Notes under the pieces: model-generated
The model's database searches: none
What the model saw: only the letters and a program-made list of their open reading frames with translations
What the model was told of the DNA's origin: nothing
DNA from: Candidatus Sumerlaeales bacterium
Lineage (GTDB): Bacteria; Sumerlaeota; Sumerlaeia; Sumerlaeales; Sumerlaeaceae
Direction of reading: 5' to 3'
DNA: 42,338 bases
Assembly (NCBI GenBank): GCA_038243585.1
Contig: JBBSQY010000028.1
Span: forward strand, 1 to 42,338
Shown here: in pieces, positions 19,545 to 29,704 of the stretch
Layout: the number at the start of each line of letters is the position of its first letter
Position numbering within the stretch: the stretch's first letter is position 1
Position numbers and translations under genes: made by a program

Positions 19545-20456
19545 TTACAATAAAGCTTGGTGAAACAGTTCCGACGCTATTTTGCAGGTTTGGGCTTGGA
19601 TTGTTACCGTGTCTGCAACCTTCATTGCGTAACCGCCAGCTGTTACTGTTACGATAGGTATGCGACGGGAAATGGCTTCGTGTATTACGAGCCGATCTCG
19701 CTCCGCAAGTCCCTCAATCGTAAGATTGAGGCCTCCGAGAACATCATGTTTATACGGGTCAGCTCCAGCAACATAAATGATCAACTCCGGCCGATGGGAT
19801 TCAATTAACGGAGCCAGAACGTCGCGCAACTGTGATAGGTAATCTACGTCACCGGTAAGATCTTCTAGTCCTATGTCCAGGTCGCTTTTCTGTTTCGTTG
19901 GATAGTTAGCTTCCTGATGTATAGAGAAAGTAAAAACCTCTGGAACATCCTGGAAAATATGCGCTGTGCCGTTTCCCTGGTGTAGGTCGCAGTCAATAAC
20001 CAGCGCCCGCTGAATCCGACCCTCCTGCCGCATGGCGCATATGGCGACGGCAATATCGTTAATATAGCAGAACCCTTCAGCATGGTCCGCGAACGCATGG
20101 TGGAATCCGCCGCCGATGTGGCACGCGACAGGCGGACTCACGCTAAGAGCAGCACGGCAGGCGATGATCGTTCCACCGGCGGCGAGCTTGTAGCCATCTA
20201 CAATTTCCGCGGTAAGCGGCAGCTCGCTGGACGCCGTGCGCGTGCTGCGCCGCAAGTTTGAAAGGTCATCTAGATACGCAACCGAATGCACCGCCTCCAG
20301 CTGTTCCTGAGTTGCAGGTACAGGAACCAGGAAATCTTCAATAGCACAGACTTCGTCTTCGAGGAGAAGATCTCGTACAAGCCGGTATTTCGCAGTCGGG
20401 AAAACATGGTCCCCTATATCAATTTCATAGTCTGGGGACCAGATGAATTTAATCAA
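19545..20456 (-). CDS. Histone deacetylase family (Zn-dependent) amidohydrolase
   Basis: HVFP..KY, GGFHHA..GFC..ND, DCDLHQGNGT, GADP, GGY motifs. Confidence 0.9.
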   Translation of the reverse strand: MIKFIWSPDYEIDIGDHVFPTAKYRLVRDLLLEDEVCAIEDFLVPVPATQEQLEAVHSVAYLDDLSNLRRSTRTASSELPLTAEIVDGYKLAAGGTIIACRAALSVSPPVACHIGGGFHHAFADHAEGFCYINDIAVAICAMRQEGRIQRALVIDCDLHQGNGTAHIFQDVPEVFTFSIHQEANYPTKQKSDLDIGLEDLTGDVDYLSQLRDVLAPLIESHRPELIIYVAGADPYKHDVLGGLNLTIEGLAERDRLVIHEAISRRIPIVTVTAGGYAMKVADTVTIQAQTCKIASELFHQALL

Positions 20457-20460
20457 TCGG

Positions 20461-21846
20461 TCAGAGAACCGGTTGGGGTGTCAGACGCTTCGAGAGATTG
20501 TGAGAAATCTTCCACACGTCGCCGGCCCCAAGGGTTATAATCAGGTCGTCCGGCTGAAGATTGTCGGCCACAAAATCTTCCGCTGCCTGAAGATCACCTA
20601 TATATCTTACATTAGGGTGGTTGTTTTCCTGGATGTGGCGAACGAGCATGTCTGAATTAACGTTCGGCATTGGTTCTTCGCCGGCACCGTAAATATCCAC
20701 GATGATTACCTCGTCGGCATTGCCAAACGCGGCTCCGAAATCTTTAGCCAGGGATTTTGTGCGACTATACCGGTGGGGCTGGAACACGCTGACAATCCGG
20801 TTCTTATGGGATTGTCTGGCAGCGGACAAGGTGGCAACAATTTCACTGGGATGGTGAGCATAATCGTCAACGACTGTGCATAATTCCGTCCGTCCCAAAA
20901 TTTGAAACCGCCGCTGTACGCCCATAAATTCGTGGAGCCCGTTAGAAATCTGATCAATATTAAGTCCGAGGTGCATTCCGATAGTTACGGCCGCAAGGCT
21001 GTTCTGCACATTGTGACGACCGGGAACCTGAAGGCTGACGCTTCCCAGTGTACCTTGAGAAGTAACAACGTCAAAGCTGCTTCCCAAGTCTTCAAAGGTC
21101 AGATTCTCTGCGCGAATATCCGCTCCCTCGCGCAGCCCGTAAGATAGGAATATGCGGTCAGCACCGACGGCGTGACCCACAAGGCGAAGAACCCCGGGGT
21201 CGTCGGAACAATAAACTACAAGCCCCCCAGCCTGAACATTTTGTAGGTGTTCAGCGAAAATTTCGTGGAGATGAACAGTATCTCTGTAAAAATCAAGGTG
21301 GTCCATTTCAATATTTGTAAGCACGGCAATTTCCGGACGATACTCGATTAAAGATCCGTCGCTTTCATCTGCCTCTATAACAAACCATTCCGAGCTACCA
21401 CTGCCCGCATTGTCAGAAAATGTATTAACAATGCCACCAATGACGTACGAGGGGGCAATGCCCGCGTGAAGGAGCATCGTGGCAACCATGCTGGAAGTAG
21501 TGGTTTTACCATGCGTTCCGGCAATGGTGATACCGCGATGCGCATTGACAAGCTGCGCAAGTTTTTTAGAGCGATGGATAACAGGTATGCCGAGCCGCTT
21601 TGCTTCGACTACCTCTGGGTTGTCTGCGCGAATGGCGGAACTGGTTACGACTTCTGTGGCACCATGGACGTTTTCGGGATTATGGCCCAGAAAGATTTCG
21701 CATCCCATTGCACGAAGGGAATTCACTGTGGGGGATTGTTTCGAGTCAGAACCGCTTACCGCGTCGTTCTGTCCCAGCATATATCGAGCTATGCCGCTCA
21801 TCCCAATTCCACCAATGCCAATAAAATGGCTACGTTTGTCCGTCAT
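20461..21846 (-). CDS. murC: UDP-N-acetylmuramate--L-alanine ligase
   Basis: HFIGIGGIGMSG, GTHGKTTT, EADESD, DHLD, DDYAHHP, FQPHRYSRT, GAGD. Confidence 0.96.
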   Translation of the reverse strand: MTDKRSHFIGIGGIGMSGIARYMLGQNDAVSGSDSKQSPTVNSLRAMGCEIFLGHNPENVHGATEVVTSSAIRADNPEVVEAKRLGIPVIHRSKKLAQLVNAHRGITIAGTHGKTTTSSMVATMLLHAGIAPSYVIGGIVNTFSDNAGSGSSEWFVIEADESDGSLIEYRPEIAVLTNIEMDHLDFYRDTVHLHEIFAEHLQNVQAGGLVVYCSDDPGVLRLVGHAVGADRIFLSYGLREGADIRAENLTFEDLGSSFDVVTSQGTLGSVSLQVPGRHNVQNSLAAVTIGMHLGLNIDQISNGLHEFMGVQRRFQILGRTELCTVVDDYAHHPSEIVATLSAARQSHKNRIVSVFQPHRYSRTKSLAKDFGAAFGNADEVIIVDIYGAGEEPMPNVNSDMLVRHIQENNHPNVRYIGDLQAAEDFVADNLQPDDLIITLGAGDVWKISHNLSKRLTPQPVL

Positions 21847-22029
21847 GATAACTCCATCGAAATTCTTACCCGGTTTGCGGCAATTTATGTTTCAGCTTGC
21901 GGTTTGACAACAATTTCCCATATCTGCTTCACAGATTCCATACGGAATTTCGCACTGAAAAGTACGTCCTGCGTAAGAAGCACTTTAATATTTGATGCGT
22001 AACTCATGAAATCATAATGAATTTTGGAT

Positions 22030-23463
22030 TTAGTGAGGCGGCAATGGTGCTGGTCGCAGGCGGCCTGAAAGGTCACTTTTAATAAGCAATATTAAGCCGA
22101 AACCTCCTGCAGCCATCCAGTATATGCTGAGGCCGAAGGGATATGGGATCAGGTTTGCCAGCCACGCAGCCACAACACTGGCAATGAAAAGACCGCTCCA
22201 CCTCAGGATAAGTTTAGAGTCTAGACTAATGCTGTTTTTTGCAAGAAAGCGCAAGTCGATGGCGACGGCGAGCATTTCGCACCCTAGAAGCGCGATTGCA
22301 GCCCCAAGCGCCTCAAATTTCCAAACAAGAATAAGGTTTGCAACGACGCTTACGGCCAGTACAATTCCGTATCGCCGCGCCACTAACTTCTCCTGATCAA
22401 GACATATCAGAAGGTTTGCGTATACGTATTGCAAGAACGTCAGAAATACGGTAAGCGCGTAAACCTGGAAAACGGTTTTGTACGGCAGGTATTGGGGCGT
22501 TCCCAATAGTAGAATGAGTTCCTCGGCAAACGCTACCAGACCAACCGATATCATGATCCCTGCACTACCAACTACAAGTTCCAGCTTTCGCAGCGTAGGC
22601 ATTATAATAGACAGGCTACCGCTATTTCTTGCAAAAAATGGAATGGAAGCGTTCATCAGCGCAATAGGCAGAAACGAAACACCCTCCGGAATTTTGGCAG
22701 AGAGATTGAATGCCGCCGCATCGCCTAGCGCCGCGTTCGAAGCAAACAGTCCAAGCGTCAGGATTCCAATGCGTAGATAAAGGATTCCGATAAGGTTCAA
22801 CAAGATAAAGGGTAAACCTCGCTGAACCATTAAGAGGGTTTTTCTTAAATTATTGATCAGGGTTAGTGGAACCTGCGCCTTCCGAGCAATAAACCCCAGT
22901 GATGTCATGATATCGACAAAGGAGACAATAGCGAACAATAACGCAAAGTTCGCCAGCGTTAGTAGTTCCAGTCGATAAAGTAGAGTGGTCATCGCAAGCA
23001 GGAGCAGCCGGGCGCCAGTAGCTAAAGTCGCATCGAGAATGATGAAGTCAAACGCCCGTATAACTCCACGGAATACGAATGCGTTGGAGTCCAGCCATGC
23101 CGCAGCCAATAGCAAAAATAAAATGGCGGCGCTGTCCGGCGGCAAAAACACCTGCCCCGCAAGATATCCAAAAATCAGGTAGGGGAAAAGCGTTAGAATG
23201 CGGGACTGAAATGCGCATGCTAGCAGCGCTCTACAAGCTGTCGTCGAACTATGCGCTCGCGCCACTTCCCGGACCAGCAAGCCACGGAGGCCGCATTCAG
23301 AAACAGTAGCCAGTATTATGGCAATGGTATACGCCACGGAAAATAACCCGGCGTCGCCGAGGCTGAGAGATTTAAATAGAAGTATGAACACCAGTAGGAA
23401 TGCTGCTTTTCCAAAAGCCAGAATCAGCAGTTGCACTACGGTGGGAGGAATCAGACGTAACAC
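22030..23463 (-). CDS. Oligosaccharide flippase (Wzx/MOP superfamily)
   Basis: Many hydrophobic helices, GL..LLVREVA and LGAAIA segments typical of Wzx; clustered with a glycosyltransferase. Confidence 0.8.
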   Translation of the reverse strand: MLRLIPPTVVQLLILAFGKAAFLLVFILLFKSLSLGDAGLFSVAYTIAIILATVSECGLRGLLVREVARAHSSTTACRALLACAFQSRILTLFPYLIFGYLAGQVFLPPDSAAILFLLLAAAWLDSNAFVFRGVIRAFDFIILDATLATGARLLLLAMTTLLYRLELLTLANFALLFAIVSFVDIMTSLGFIARKAQVPLTLINNLRKTLLMVQRGLPFILLNLIGILYLRIGILTLGLFASNAALGDAAAFNLSAKIPEGVSFLPIALMNASIPFFARNSGSLSIIMPTLRKLELVVGSAGIMISVGLVAFAEELILLLGTPQYLPYKTVFQVYALTVFLTFLQYVYANLLICLDQEKLVARRYGIVLAVSVVANLILVWKFEALGAAIALLGCEMLAVAIDLRFLAKNSISLDSKLILRWSGLFIASVVAAWLANLIPYPFGLSIYWMAAGGFGLILLIKSDLSGRLRPAPLPPH

Positions 23464-23470
23464 TGACAGA

Positions 23471-24259
23471 TTAACCTTCAGGCTGATGAGAAGGGATAGG
23501 TTTTCTCATGATGAAAACATATCCTAGTGTAAATCTATCAGAAGCCAAGGTATCATTTCGCAACAACAGCCAAAAACCTTTTTGAATGCTCATTAAAATC
23601 GTGCGGTGTACAGCGTCGTAGGCATTGTGAACCTGTGACCCGGAGCTAATCCTTAGCGCACGCCTGATCCCACCAAACATCAAGCCGAGTCCCTTCACGA
23701 AAACATCCGCAAAAACTGTCAGGTAACCGCCACGAGGATGAATTTCAGTTAAGGCCAGACCGGCTTGCTCCGCCAAATGTTTTAGCGCATACGGAGTGTA
23801 TCGGTAGAAATCCCAAGGCGCTTCGTGAATTCTGTAATAGAATGGGGTGGAGACAATTGCGATACCACCGGGAACCAGAACCCGCGAAATTTCAATAATG
23901 CTTTCTGCCGGACATGGTACGTGCTCCAAAACCTCCGTACAGAGAACCGTATTGAAAACACCGGCGCGAAAAGGAAGCTGTTGTCCAAGGGCAAACACGT
24001 CAACAAAGCTGTTATTGTGGGTCGTAAACGGCACATCCAATCCATAATATGTCGAAATGCAGTTTTCTAGTAACGGCTTATATGGCTTGGTTGAACATCC
24101 GATATCCAATAGTTTTCCTGTGGCCAAATGAGTCACGTTAGCGAGGTGTTTCACAAGGCACTCTGTTGCCAGAAGGGATTCTGGAGCGATTTTCCCAGGG
24201 ACGACCTTGAACCACCGGCCTGGTTTAGCTCTCAAAAATCCCTGATAGTCAGTTTGCAT
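23471..24259 (-). CDS. Class I SAM-dependent methyltransferase (glycan-locus type)
   Basis: LLDIGC..KPY, VLCTEVLEHV, RVLVPGG, HEAPWDFYRYT. Confidence 0.85.
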   Translation of the reverse strand: MQTDYQGFLRAKPGRWFKVVPGKIAPESLLATECLVKHLANVTHLATGKLLDIGCSTKPYKPLLENCISTYYGLDVPFTTHNNSFVDVFALGQQLPFRAGVFNTVLCTEVLEHVPCPAESIIEISRVLVPGGIAIVSTPFYYRIHEAPWDFYRYTPYALKHLAEQAGLALTEIHPRGGYLTVFADVFVKGLGLMFGGIRRALRISSGSQVHNAYDAVHRTILMSIQKGFWLLLRNDTLASDRFTLGYVFIMRKPIPSHQPEG

Positions 24260-24264
24260 TATAG

Positions 24265-25428
24265 TTAATCAGGGATCAGGTGGGAAATTAGAGACTCAAT
24301 CTTTTTCACGTGGCTATTCCAGCTGTTTTGGGCGGCCCAGACAGGACCCGCTGCTCCAGCAGTTGCGCGCCAAGGTTCATCAAGTATTGCTGTGGCCATT
24401 GCTTCCGCCACGGCTTCGGCTGACCGCGGAGCTACTAAAATTGCTGTGCGGGGGCATTGCACCGCCTCTGGCACGCCGCCCCAGTTTGTCCCGATACATG
24501 GGAGTCCGGAGGCCTGTGCCTCAAGAAAACTGATACCGAAACTCTCCAGGAAGTCACCCTCGGGTTGGCTCGGTTGCAAATAGATATCAGCCGCGGATAA
24601 ATATAAAGGCAGTTCTTCACGCGTCACCGGACCGAGAAAAAGTACGTGACCGCTTACTCCAAGCCGTGCAGCCTGGTTCTTGAAATCAGAAATAGCATTT
24701 CCCGATCCGACAGCTACAAACAATGTGCGGGCCAGCAGCTCATCTTTAAGTAGCGCAAGAGCCTCCAGGATAATATGAATTCCTTTTTCGCGGGAAACGC
24801 GACACGCGGCCAAAAACACCAGCCTTTGTTCCTTGGTGCATTTAATAGGCCTCTGATCAAACCAGGATTCTCGCAGGCTGGAAGCCAATGTCTCTGAATC
24901 TGACGTTCCGTCTGCAGCCGCATGGACGCCGGGAGTGACCGGCACGGCGTCGATTCCATATCGTTGCGTTAATATGCGGGCCGTGTTAATGGAATTAGTG
25001 CAGCGCAATGCAGCGTGTGTTGCAACTGCTTTAAAAATTAGGCGACGAACGACACGTTTGCTTTCAGTCACAAGTTCGGTTCCATGGTAATAAATCCCAT
25101 AGGGGATTTGGTTCCTTTGGGCGATTGTCATGACAGGCAAACCAAATCCGCGGTAATTGGTGCACCAGATAAAATCTGGTTTCCAGTCCGCAACTACGCC
25201 ATATAATATTTGAAAGAGACTAACCAGTCTAAGTATTGGAGGCTGCTTATTGGTTGCATCCTGGACATGAAACTTTGCGTTAGCGGCCGCGTGTGCTGCC
25301 CCCGCCGTAGTCGTCAATATCTTCACCGTGTGCCCTCTGCACTGCAGACCGGCAGCCTGCTCAAAGCTGAGAGTAGCGATGCCGCTGACGTTGGGGATAA
25401 AATCTGTGGAAACTACGAGAATTCGCAT
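24265..25428 (-). CDS. Glycosyltransferase family 4
   Basis: MRILVV..DF.P..SGI N-terminus, KG motif, ESFGISFLEAQASGLP (ExFG..EA). Confidence 0.9.
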   Translation of the reverse strand: MRILVVSTDFIPNVSGIATLSFEQAAGLQCRGHTVKILTTTAGAAHAAANAKFHVQDATNKQPPILRLVSLFQILYGVVADWKPDFIWCTNYRGFGLPVMTIAQRNQIPYGIYYHGTELVTESKRVVRRLIFKAVATHAALRCTNSINTARILTQRYGIDAVPVTPGVHAAADGTSDSETLASSLRESWFDQRPIKCTKEQRLVFLAACRVSREKGIHIILEALALLKDELLARTLFVAVGSGNAISDFKNQAARLGVSGHVLFLGPVTREELPLYLSAADIYLQPSQPEGDFLESFGISFLEAQASGLPCIGTNWGGVPEAVQCPRTAILVAPRSAEAVAEAMATAILDEPWRATAGAAGPVWAAQNSWNSHVKKIESLISHLIPD

Positions 25429-25445
25429 TTAAGCAGGAATGCCTT

Positions 25446-25691
25446 CTATGATTCTTGGGGCAAAGGGGCGGGTTCAGTAGCCTTATTATGCTGCACTGCG
25501 TAAACACGTGCGTCATAAACTTCCGTATAGCCACAGAGTCCGCAGGTAACCAGAATGTACGTTGAGGGTTCACTCCGAAAGATAGACCAGCCGCCGCTGC
25601 CAAATCTAAAGATTCCTGAACGCGTGCTAGCTATTCTGCTTCGGCACTTTACGCAGCAAAAGTTTTCGGCCAATTGTTTTTCAATGGTCAT
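25446..25691 (-). CDS. Small zinc-ribbon protein (DUF2082-like)
   Basis: CVKC and CGLCGYTEVY pairs; start taken as ATG 25691 (ORF track gives 25709). Confidence 0.75.
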   Translation of the reverse strand: MTIEKQLAENFCCVKCRSRIASTRSGIFRFGSGGWSIFRSEPSTYILVTCGLCGYTEVYDARVYAVQHNKATEPAPLPQES

Positions 25692-25775
25692 GGGAAAATA
25701 CAAATGCAATGTCGGTGCCCAAATGTCAACACCTCTTCATGGCTTGATATGCCAATGAATCGCCAAGGGACGGAA

Positions 25776-25852
<77 letters not shown>

Positions 25853-25927
25853 GTTCCCTGTTACATGCGAGTGGCTTTTACTCGCAGCTTCAGTTTTCAT
25901 TCCCGATGGAACAGGGTTTTGCGAAAA

Positions 25928-28423
25928 TCATTGGTAACCGTAATACGATGCCTGTGGCTGCACCTGCTGGTAATACTGCTGCTGGTATGCTGGTTGCTGC
26001 TGCTGGCGTTGCTGCTGCGGTTGTTCCTGCATCTGGTATTGTGCCTCAGGATCCGCCGCATTCTCCTTGGGCGCTGAGCCGCTAATGGCGCGGCCTCCAT
26101 GAAAGGAACAACCCGATTTTGGTTCAGTGCCAGTTTTAAAAGCAGCGTTTTTAAATACGTTTTCGCCGCTTGCATAGCATGCAGATGTCACCAGTTGTCC
26201 GCTTCTTGAGCAGGTATCGCGAATTGCGACTCCAGAAGGAACCGTAAATTTCATCTGCCAGTCAGAACGCGTTTCCAAAATCCGTTCCATCATCGCAACC
26301 CAAATCGGTCCGACTACAACACCGCCAGTCATTTTAGGACCCATACTGCGTTGCTGGTCGTATCCAATATTAATTACCAGGGACAGGTCGGGCGTTATGC
26401 CGCAATACCAGGCATCGAAGCAGTCATTGGTAGTTCCTGTTTTACCGCCCATTTCCGGTAGTTTATTGCCTTTTTCGTTTTCCTCAATAACCCATTTGCC
26501 AACGGTAGATTTCGCCGTGCCCTGACCAACGATATCCTGGAGGATTCTTGTCGTCATATAAGCTGCCTGGGGAGACAGTACCTTATACTCTTCTGGCTTT
26601 ACCACCTTCGAATCAGAGGCACTCTTGCTGCTGAAAAGGCGTTTCATTGGAGTCGGAGTAATACCAATGCCCTGGTTGGCGAAAACACTGTATGCAGCTG
26701 CAAGCTCCAGAGGGTTAATGTCAGGGGTTCCCAAGGATACAGGTGCATACTTTGGGATGTCCCAATCGGAAGGTCTCGTAACGACGTTAAAGCTATTATA
26801 TATTTTAACTGATTGCTCGCCACCGAGGGCTACGAAAAGCTTTACAGTAGGAATGTTTCTCGATTTAACCAGTGCTTCGTGAAGTGTCGTCGCGCCATAG
26901 TGGCGGTTTTCATAGTTTTTAGGAGACCAGCCGCCTATGCTATAGGGCGAATCCTGCATGACGGTGCCCGGAGTAAATTCCGGTTTGCCATCTTCCATGG
27001 CGTCAAAAGCTCCGGCGTATAAAAGAGGTTTCCAGCAGCTGCCGGGCTGGCTTCCTCCTTGAAAGGCACGATTCCATTCACCGTTGTTTGCCGTGTCGTT
27101 ACGATCGTCCCCGCCAACCAGCGCCAGGATTTCGCCAGTTTTGTTGTTGAGGAGAACCGCGGCGCCCTGAACGTGAGATTTGTCGTACAGATATGCTTCG
27201 AGCGTACCATCCTTTTTAGTACCGGCCACAAAGATATCAACAAGGGCACCTTTTACAATCGCCTTTTCCGGGTAAAAATAAGGAAGTTTCGCGGGCAGAG
27301 GAATTTTGGCGGAGCGCCCATGAGCGCTCACTCGGATATGTTCGTCGGTGACTTCCGTAATGCGAGCCAGTCTACGCGGATTACGTTTTATATCACTAAA
27401 ATCGCCGGTCTCCTTACCATACCGGGCCTCATTCTGACTGATCGATTTTAGTTCAACCTCACGCAATGCCTTGCTTAGCTCTTCTTCTACAATTTTCTGA
27501 AGGCTGAGATCGACGGTCGATATAATCTGGTAGGCTTTTTCACCTAGCTCATTTGCCTTCTCCAGATTATTATTTCGAATGAGCACGTTGCTGACGTAAT
27601 CAACAAAATAGGGGGCAACAGTTTTGTTTTGTACCGGTGGATTCAACTCAATCGGAAGTGATGACAGACGTTTGTAATCCGAATCATACTTAATAAAATT
27701 AAGCCGCCGCATATTAAAGAGCACCTGATTGCGACGGTTGACGGCTGCGACCTTGTTATTAAAAGGGGAGAGGCTGGTGGGCGCTTTAGGTAAACCGGCC
27801 AGCATTGCCGCTTCCTGGATATTTAAATCCTTTACATCTTTATTAAAGTAAATGCGGCTCGCTTCCTGAATGCCATAGGCGCGAGAGCCAAAGAAGATAT
27901 GATTGAGGTAAAACTCAAGAATTTGATCCTTGGAAAAGTCCCGCTCTATTTGAAGCGCTAAGAGCACCTCTTGAAATTTACGTGAAAGTGTCTTTTCAAG
28001 ATTTTCCAAGACAACATTTCTGGCAACCTGCATAGTTATGGTACTGGCACCCTGTGATTTTCCACCGCTTTTAAAGTTTTCAGCAATGGCGCGCGCGATG
28101 CCTCGAAGATCGATGCCAAAGTGTTTTTGGAACCGTTCATCTTCAATGGCGAGAAAAGCGTTTTGAACATGTTCCGGAATATCTTTAATCCGAACAAGCT
28201 CGCGGCGTTTTGAGAAAAACTCTCCAATTTGCTTATTGCCGGTGCGGTCATACACACGCGAAATTTCCGGCGGATTATACTTTTCAAGCGCCTCTATCGG
28301 CGGCATATTTTGCAGATAACCCACAAGCGCGCCAACGGCGAGGCCGCCCCCCAGAACGCCTATTAATAATACCCCAAGGAAAATGGTTAGCCACTTCCTG
28401 AAAAGTGGATGCATGGCTTTCAT
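25928..28423 (-). CDS. mrcA: Class A penicillin-binding protein (PBP1A family)
   Basis: N-terminal TM helix; transglycosylase EDERF, GASTITMQ, RKFQE; transpeptidase SCWK, SRN, KTGT. Confidence 0.92.
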   Translation of the reverse strand: MKAMHPLFRKWLTIFLGVLLIGVLGGGLAVGALVGYLQNMPPIEALEKYNPPEISRVYDRTGNKQIGEFFSKRRELVRIKDIPEHVQNAFLAIEDERFQKHFGIDLRGIARAIAENFKSGGKSQGASTITMQVARNVVLENLEKTLSRKFQEVLLALQIERDFSKDQILEFYLNHIFFGSRAYGIQEASRIYFNKDVKDLNIQEAAMLAGLPKAPTSLSPFNNKVAAVNRRNQVLFNMRRLNFIKYDSDYKRLSSLPIELNPPVQNKTVAPYFVDYVSNVLIRNNNLEKANELGEKAYQIISTVDLSLQKIVEEELSKALREVELKSISQNEARYGKETGDFSDIKRNPRRLARITEVTDEHIRVSAHGRSAKIPLPAKLPYFYPEKAIVKGALVDIFVAGTKKDGTLEAYLYDKSHVQGAAVLLNNKTGEILALVGGDDRNDTANNGEWNRAFQGGSQPGSCWKPLLYAGAFDAMEDGKPEFTPGTVMQDSPYSIGGWSPKNYENRHYGATTLHEALVKSRNIPTVKLFVALGGEQSVKIYNSFNVVTRPSDWDIPKYAPVSLGTPDINPLELAAAYSVFANQGIGITPTPMKRLFSSKSASDSKVVKPEEYKVLSPQAAYMTTRILQDIVGQGTAKSTVGKWVIEENEKGNKLPEMGGKTGTTNDCFDAWYCGITPDLSLVINIGYDQQRSMGPKMTGGVVVGPIWVAMMERILETRSDWQMKFTVPSGVAIRDTCSRSGQLVTSACYASGENVFKNAAFKTGTEPKSGCSFHGGRAISGSAPKENAADPEAQYQMQEQPQQQRQQQQPAYQQQYYQQVQPQASYYGYQ

Positions 28424-28630
28424 CAGAAACTCTCTCTCCCGTCGTTTCAGATTCTGTTCAATATTTCAATTGGCGACGCGAACAATTCAATTATGGTGCT
28501 AAAATGAACGCGGGCCGGCATGAACAACTATCCGTCTTGAATCTTATTTTTTCTCGAGATATGCGACGCGGAATCAAAAGTTCATCAAGCACCTATACGT
28601 TCCCCAAAGATTGTATCACTGGAGCCAATT

Positions 28631-29689
28631 ATGACCATAGCTGTTAATCCCTGGGTTGATGCCATGCAGGGGTATGTCCCGGGAGAACAGCTGAACGATC
28701 CGGATGTTGTCAAATTAAATACCAATGAAGCGCCCTATCCAGCTGCTCCAACGGTGAACCAGGCAATAAAAGAAGAGACAGACCTGGAGTTGTTTAATAA
28801 GTACCCAGACCCTTCCTGCTACAAACTGCGATCCGCGATTGCATCTCGCTATGCCTTAGGTATTGATGAAGTTGTTGTGGGAAATGGTTCGGATGAAAGC
28901 CTTCGCCTACTGGTCCATGCATTTACCAATCCCGGCACGGGAGATAAGATTGCAACCAGCAATCCTACTTATACTTTGTATGCAGTGCTTGCGGAGATGT
29001 ACGGAGTAGAGGTGGAAAATCATCCTTCGGAGGCGCCGGATTACAGTCTGCCAGCGTCTTTGGTTGCCGCGCCGGTCAAAATGGTATTTCTGCCCAATCC
29101 CAATCCGCCAATCGGTACTTTCTATTCGACTGCTGATTTGGAATGTCTCGCCGCCGCTGATCCTGATCGTGTTGTGGTCATTGATGAAGCATACGTGGAT
29201 TTCGCGCCCAATGATGCGCTGAGCGTATACAAAAAGTATGAGAACGTGGTGATTACACGAACCTTTTCCAAAAGTTACTCGCTGGCCGGGCTGCGGATTG
29301 GGTTCGTAATTTGCCGGCCAGAACTGGCGGCATCGCTCAACAAGATTAAAGATTCCTATAACATTAATAGACTTACGCAGACGGCAGCGCTTGCGGCATG
29401 GGAAGCCCGGGAGTATTACGGCGACATGGTAAATCAAATTGTCACGGATCGCGCGTTTCTGGCTGAAGCGCTTAAAGAACGAGGATTTATTGTTCCGGAG
29501 AGCCACGGTAATTTTGTTTTTGCGCGAAAAAGCGGCGCTAAAGAACTATACGAAGCATTGAAAAAAGAAAAAATTCTGGTGCGGTATTTCGATTTACCCG
29601 GATTGCGAGACGGATTGCGAGTAACCGTAGGCACTCGAAAGCAGTTGGACAGGTTGTTGGCGGCGATGGATCAGATCTCCGGCTTGTAA
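28631..29689 (+). CDS. hisC: Histidinol-phosphate aminotransferase
   Basis: YVPGEQ, KLNTNE, YPDP, GNGSDE, PNPPIG, DEAY, RTFSKSYSLAGLRIG. Confidence 0.92.
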   Translation: MTIAVNPWVDAMQGYVPGEQLNDPDVVKLNTNEAPYPAAPTVNQAIKEETDLELFNKYPDPSCYKLRSAIASRYALGIDEVVVGNGSDESLRLLVHAFTNPGTGDKIATSNPTYTLYAVLAEMYGVEVENHPSEAPDYSLPASLVAAPVKMVFLPNPNPPIGTFYSTADLECLAAADPDRVVVIDEAYVDFAPNDALSVYKKYENVVITRTFSKSYSLAGLRIGFVICRPELAASLNKIKDSYNINRLTQTAALAAWEAREYYGDMVNQIVTDRAFLAEALKERGFIVPESHGNFVFARKSGAKELYEALKKEKILVRYFDLPGLRDGLRVTVGTRKQLDRLLAAMDQISGL

Positions 29690-29704
29690 AATTTCAGATG
29701 CAAG

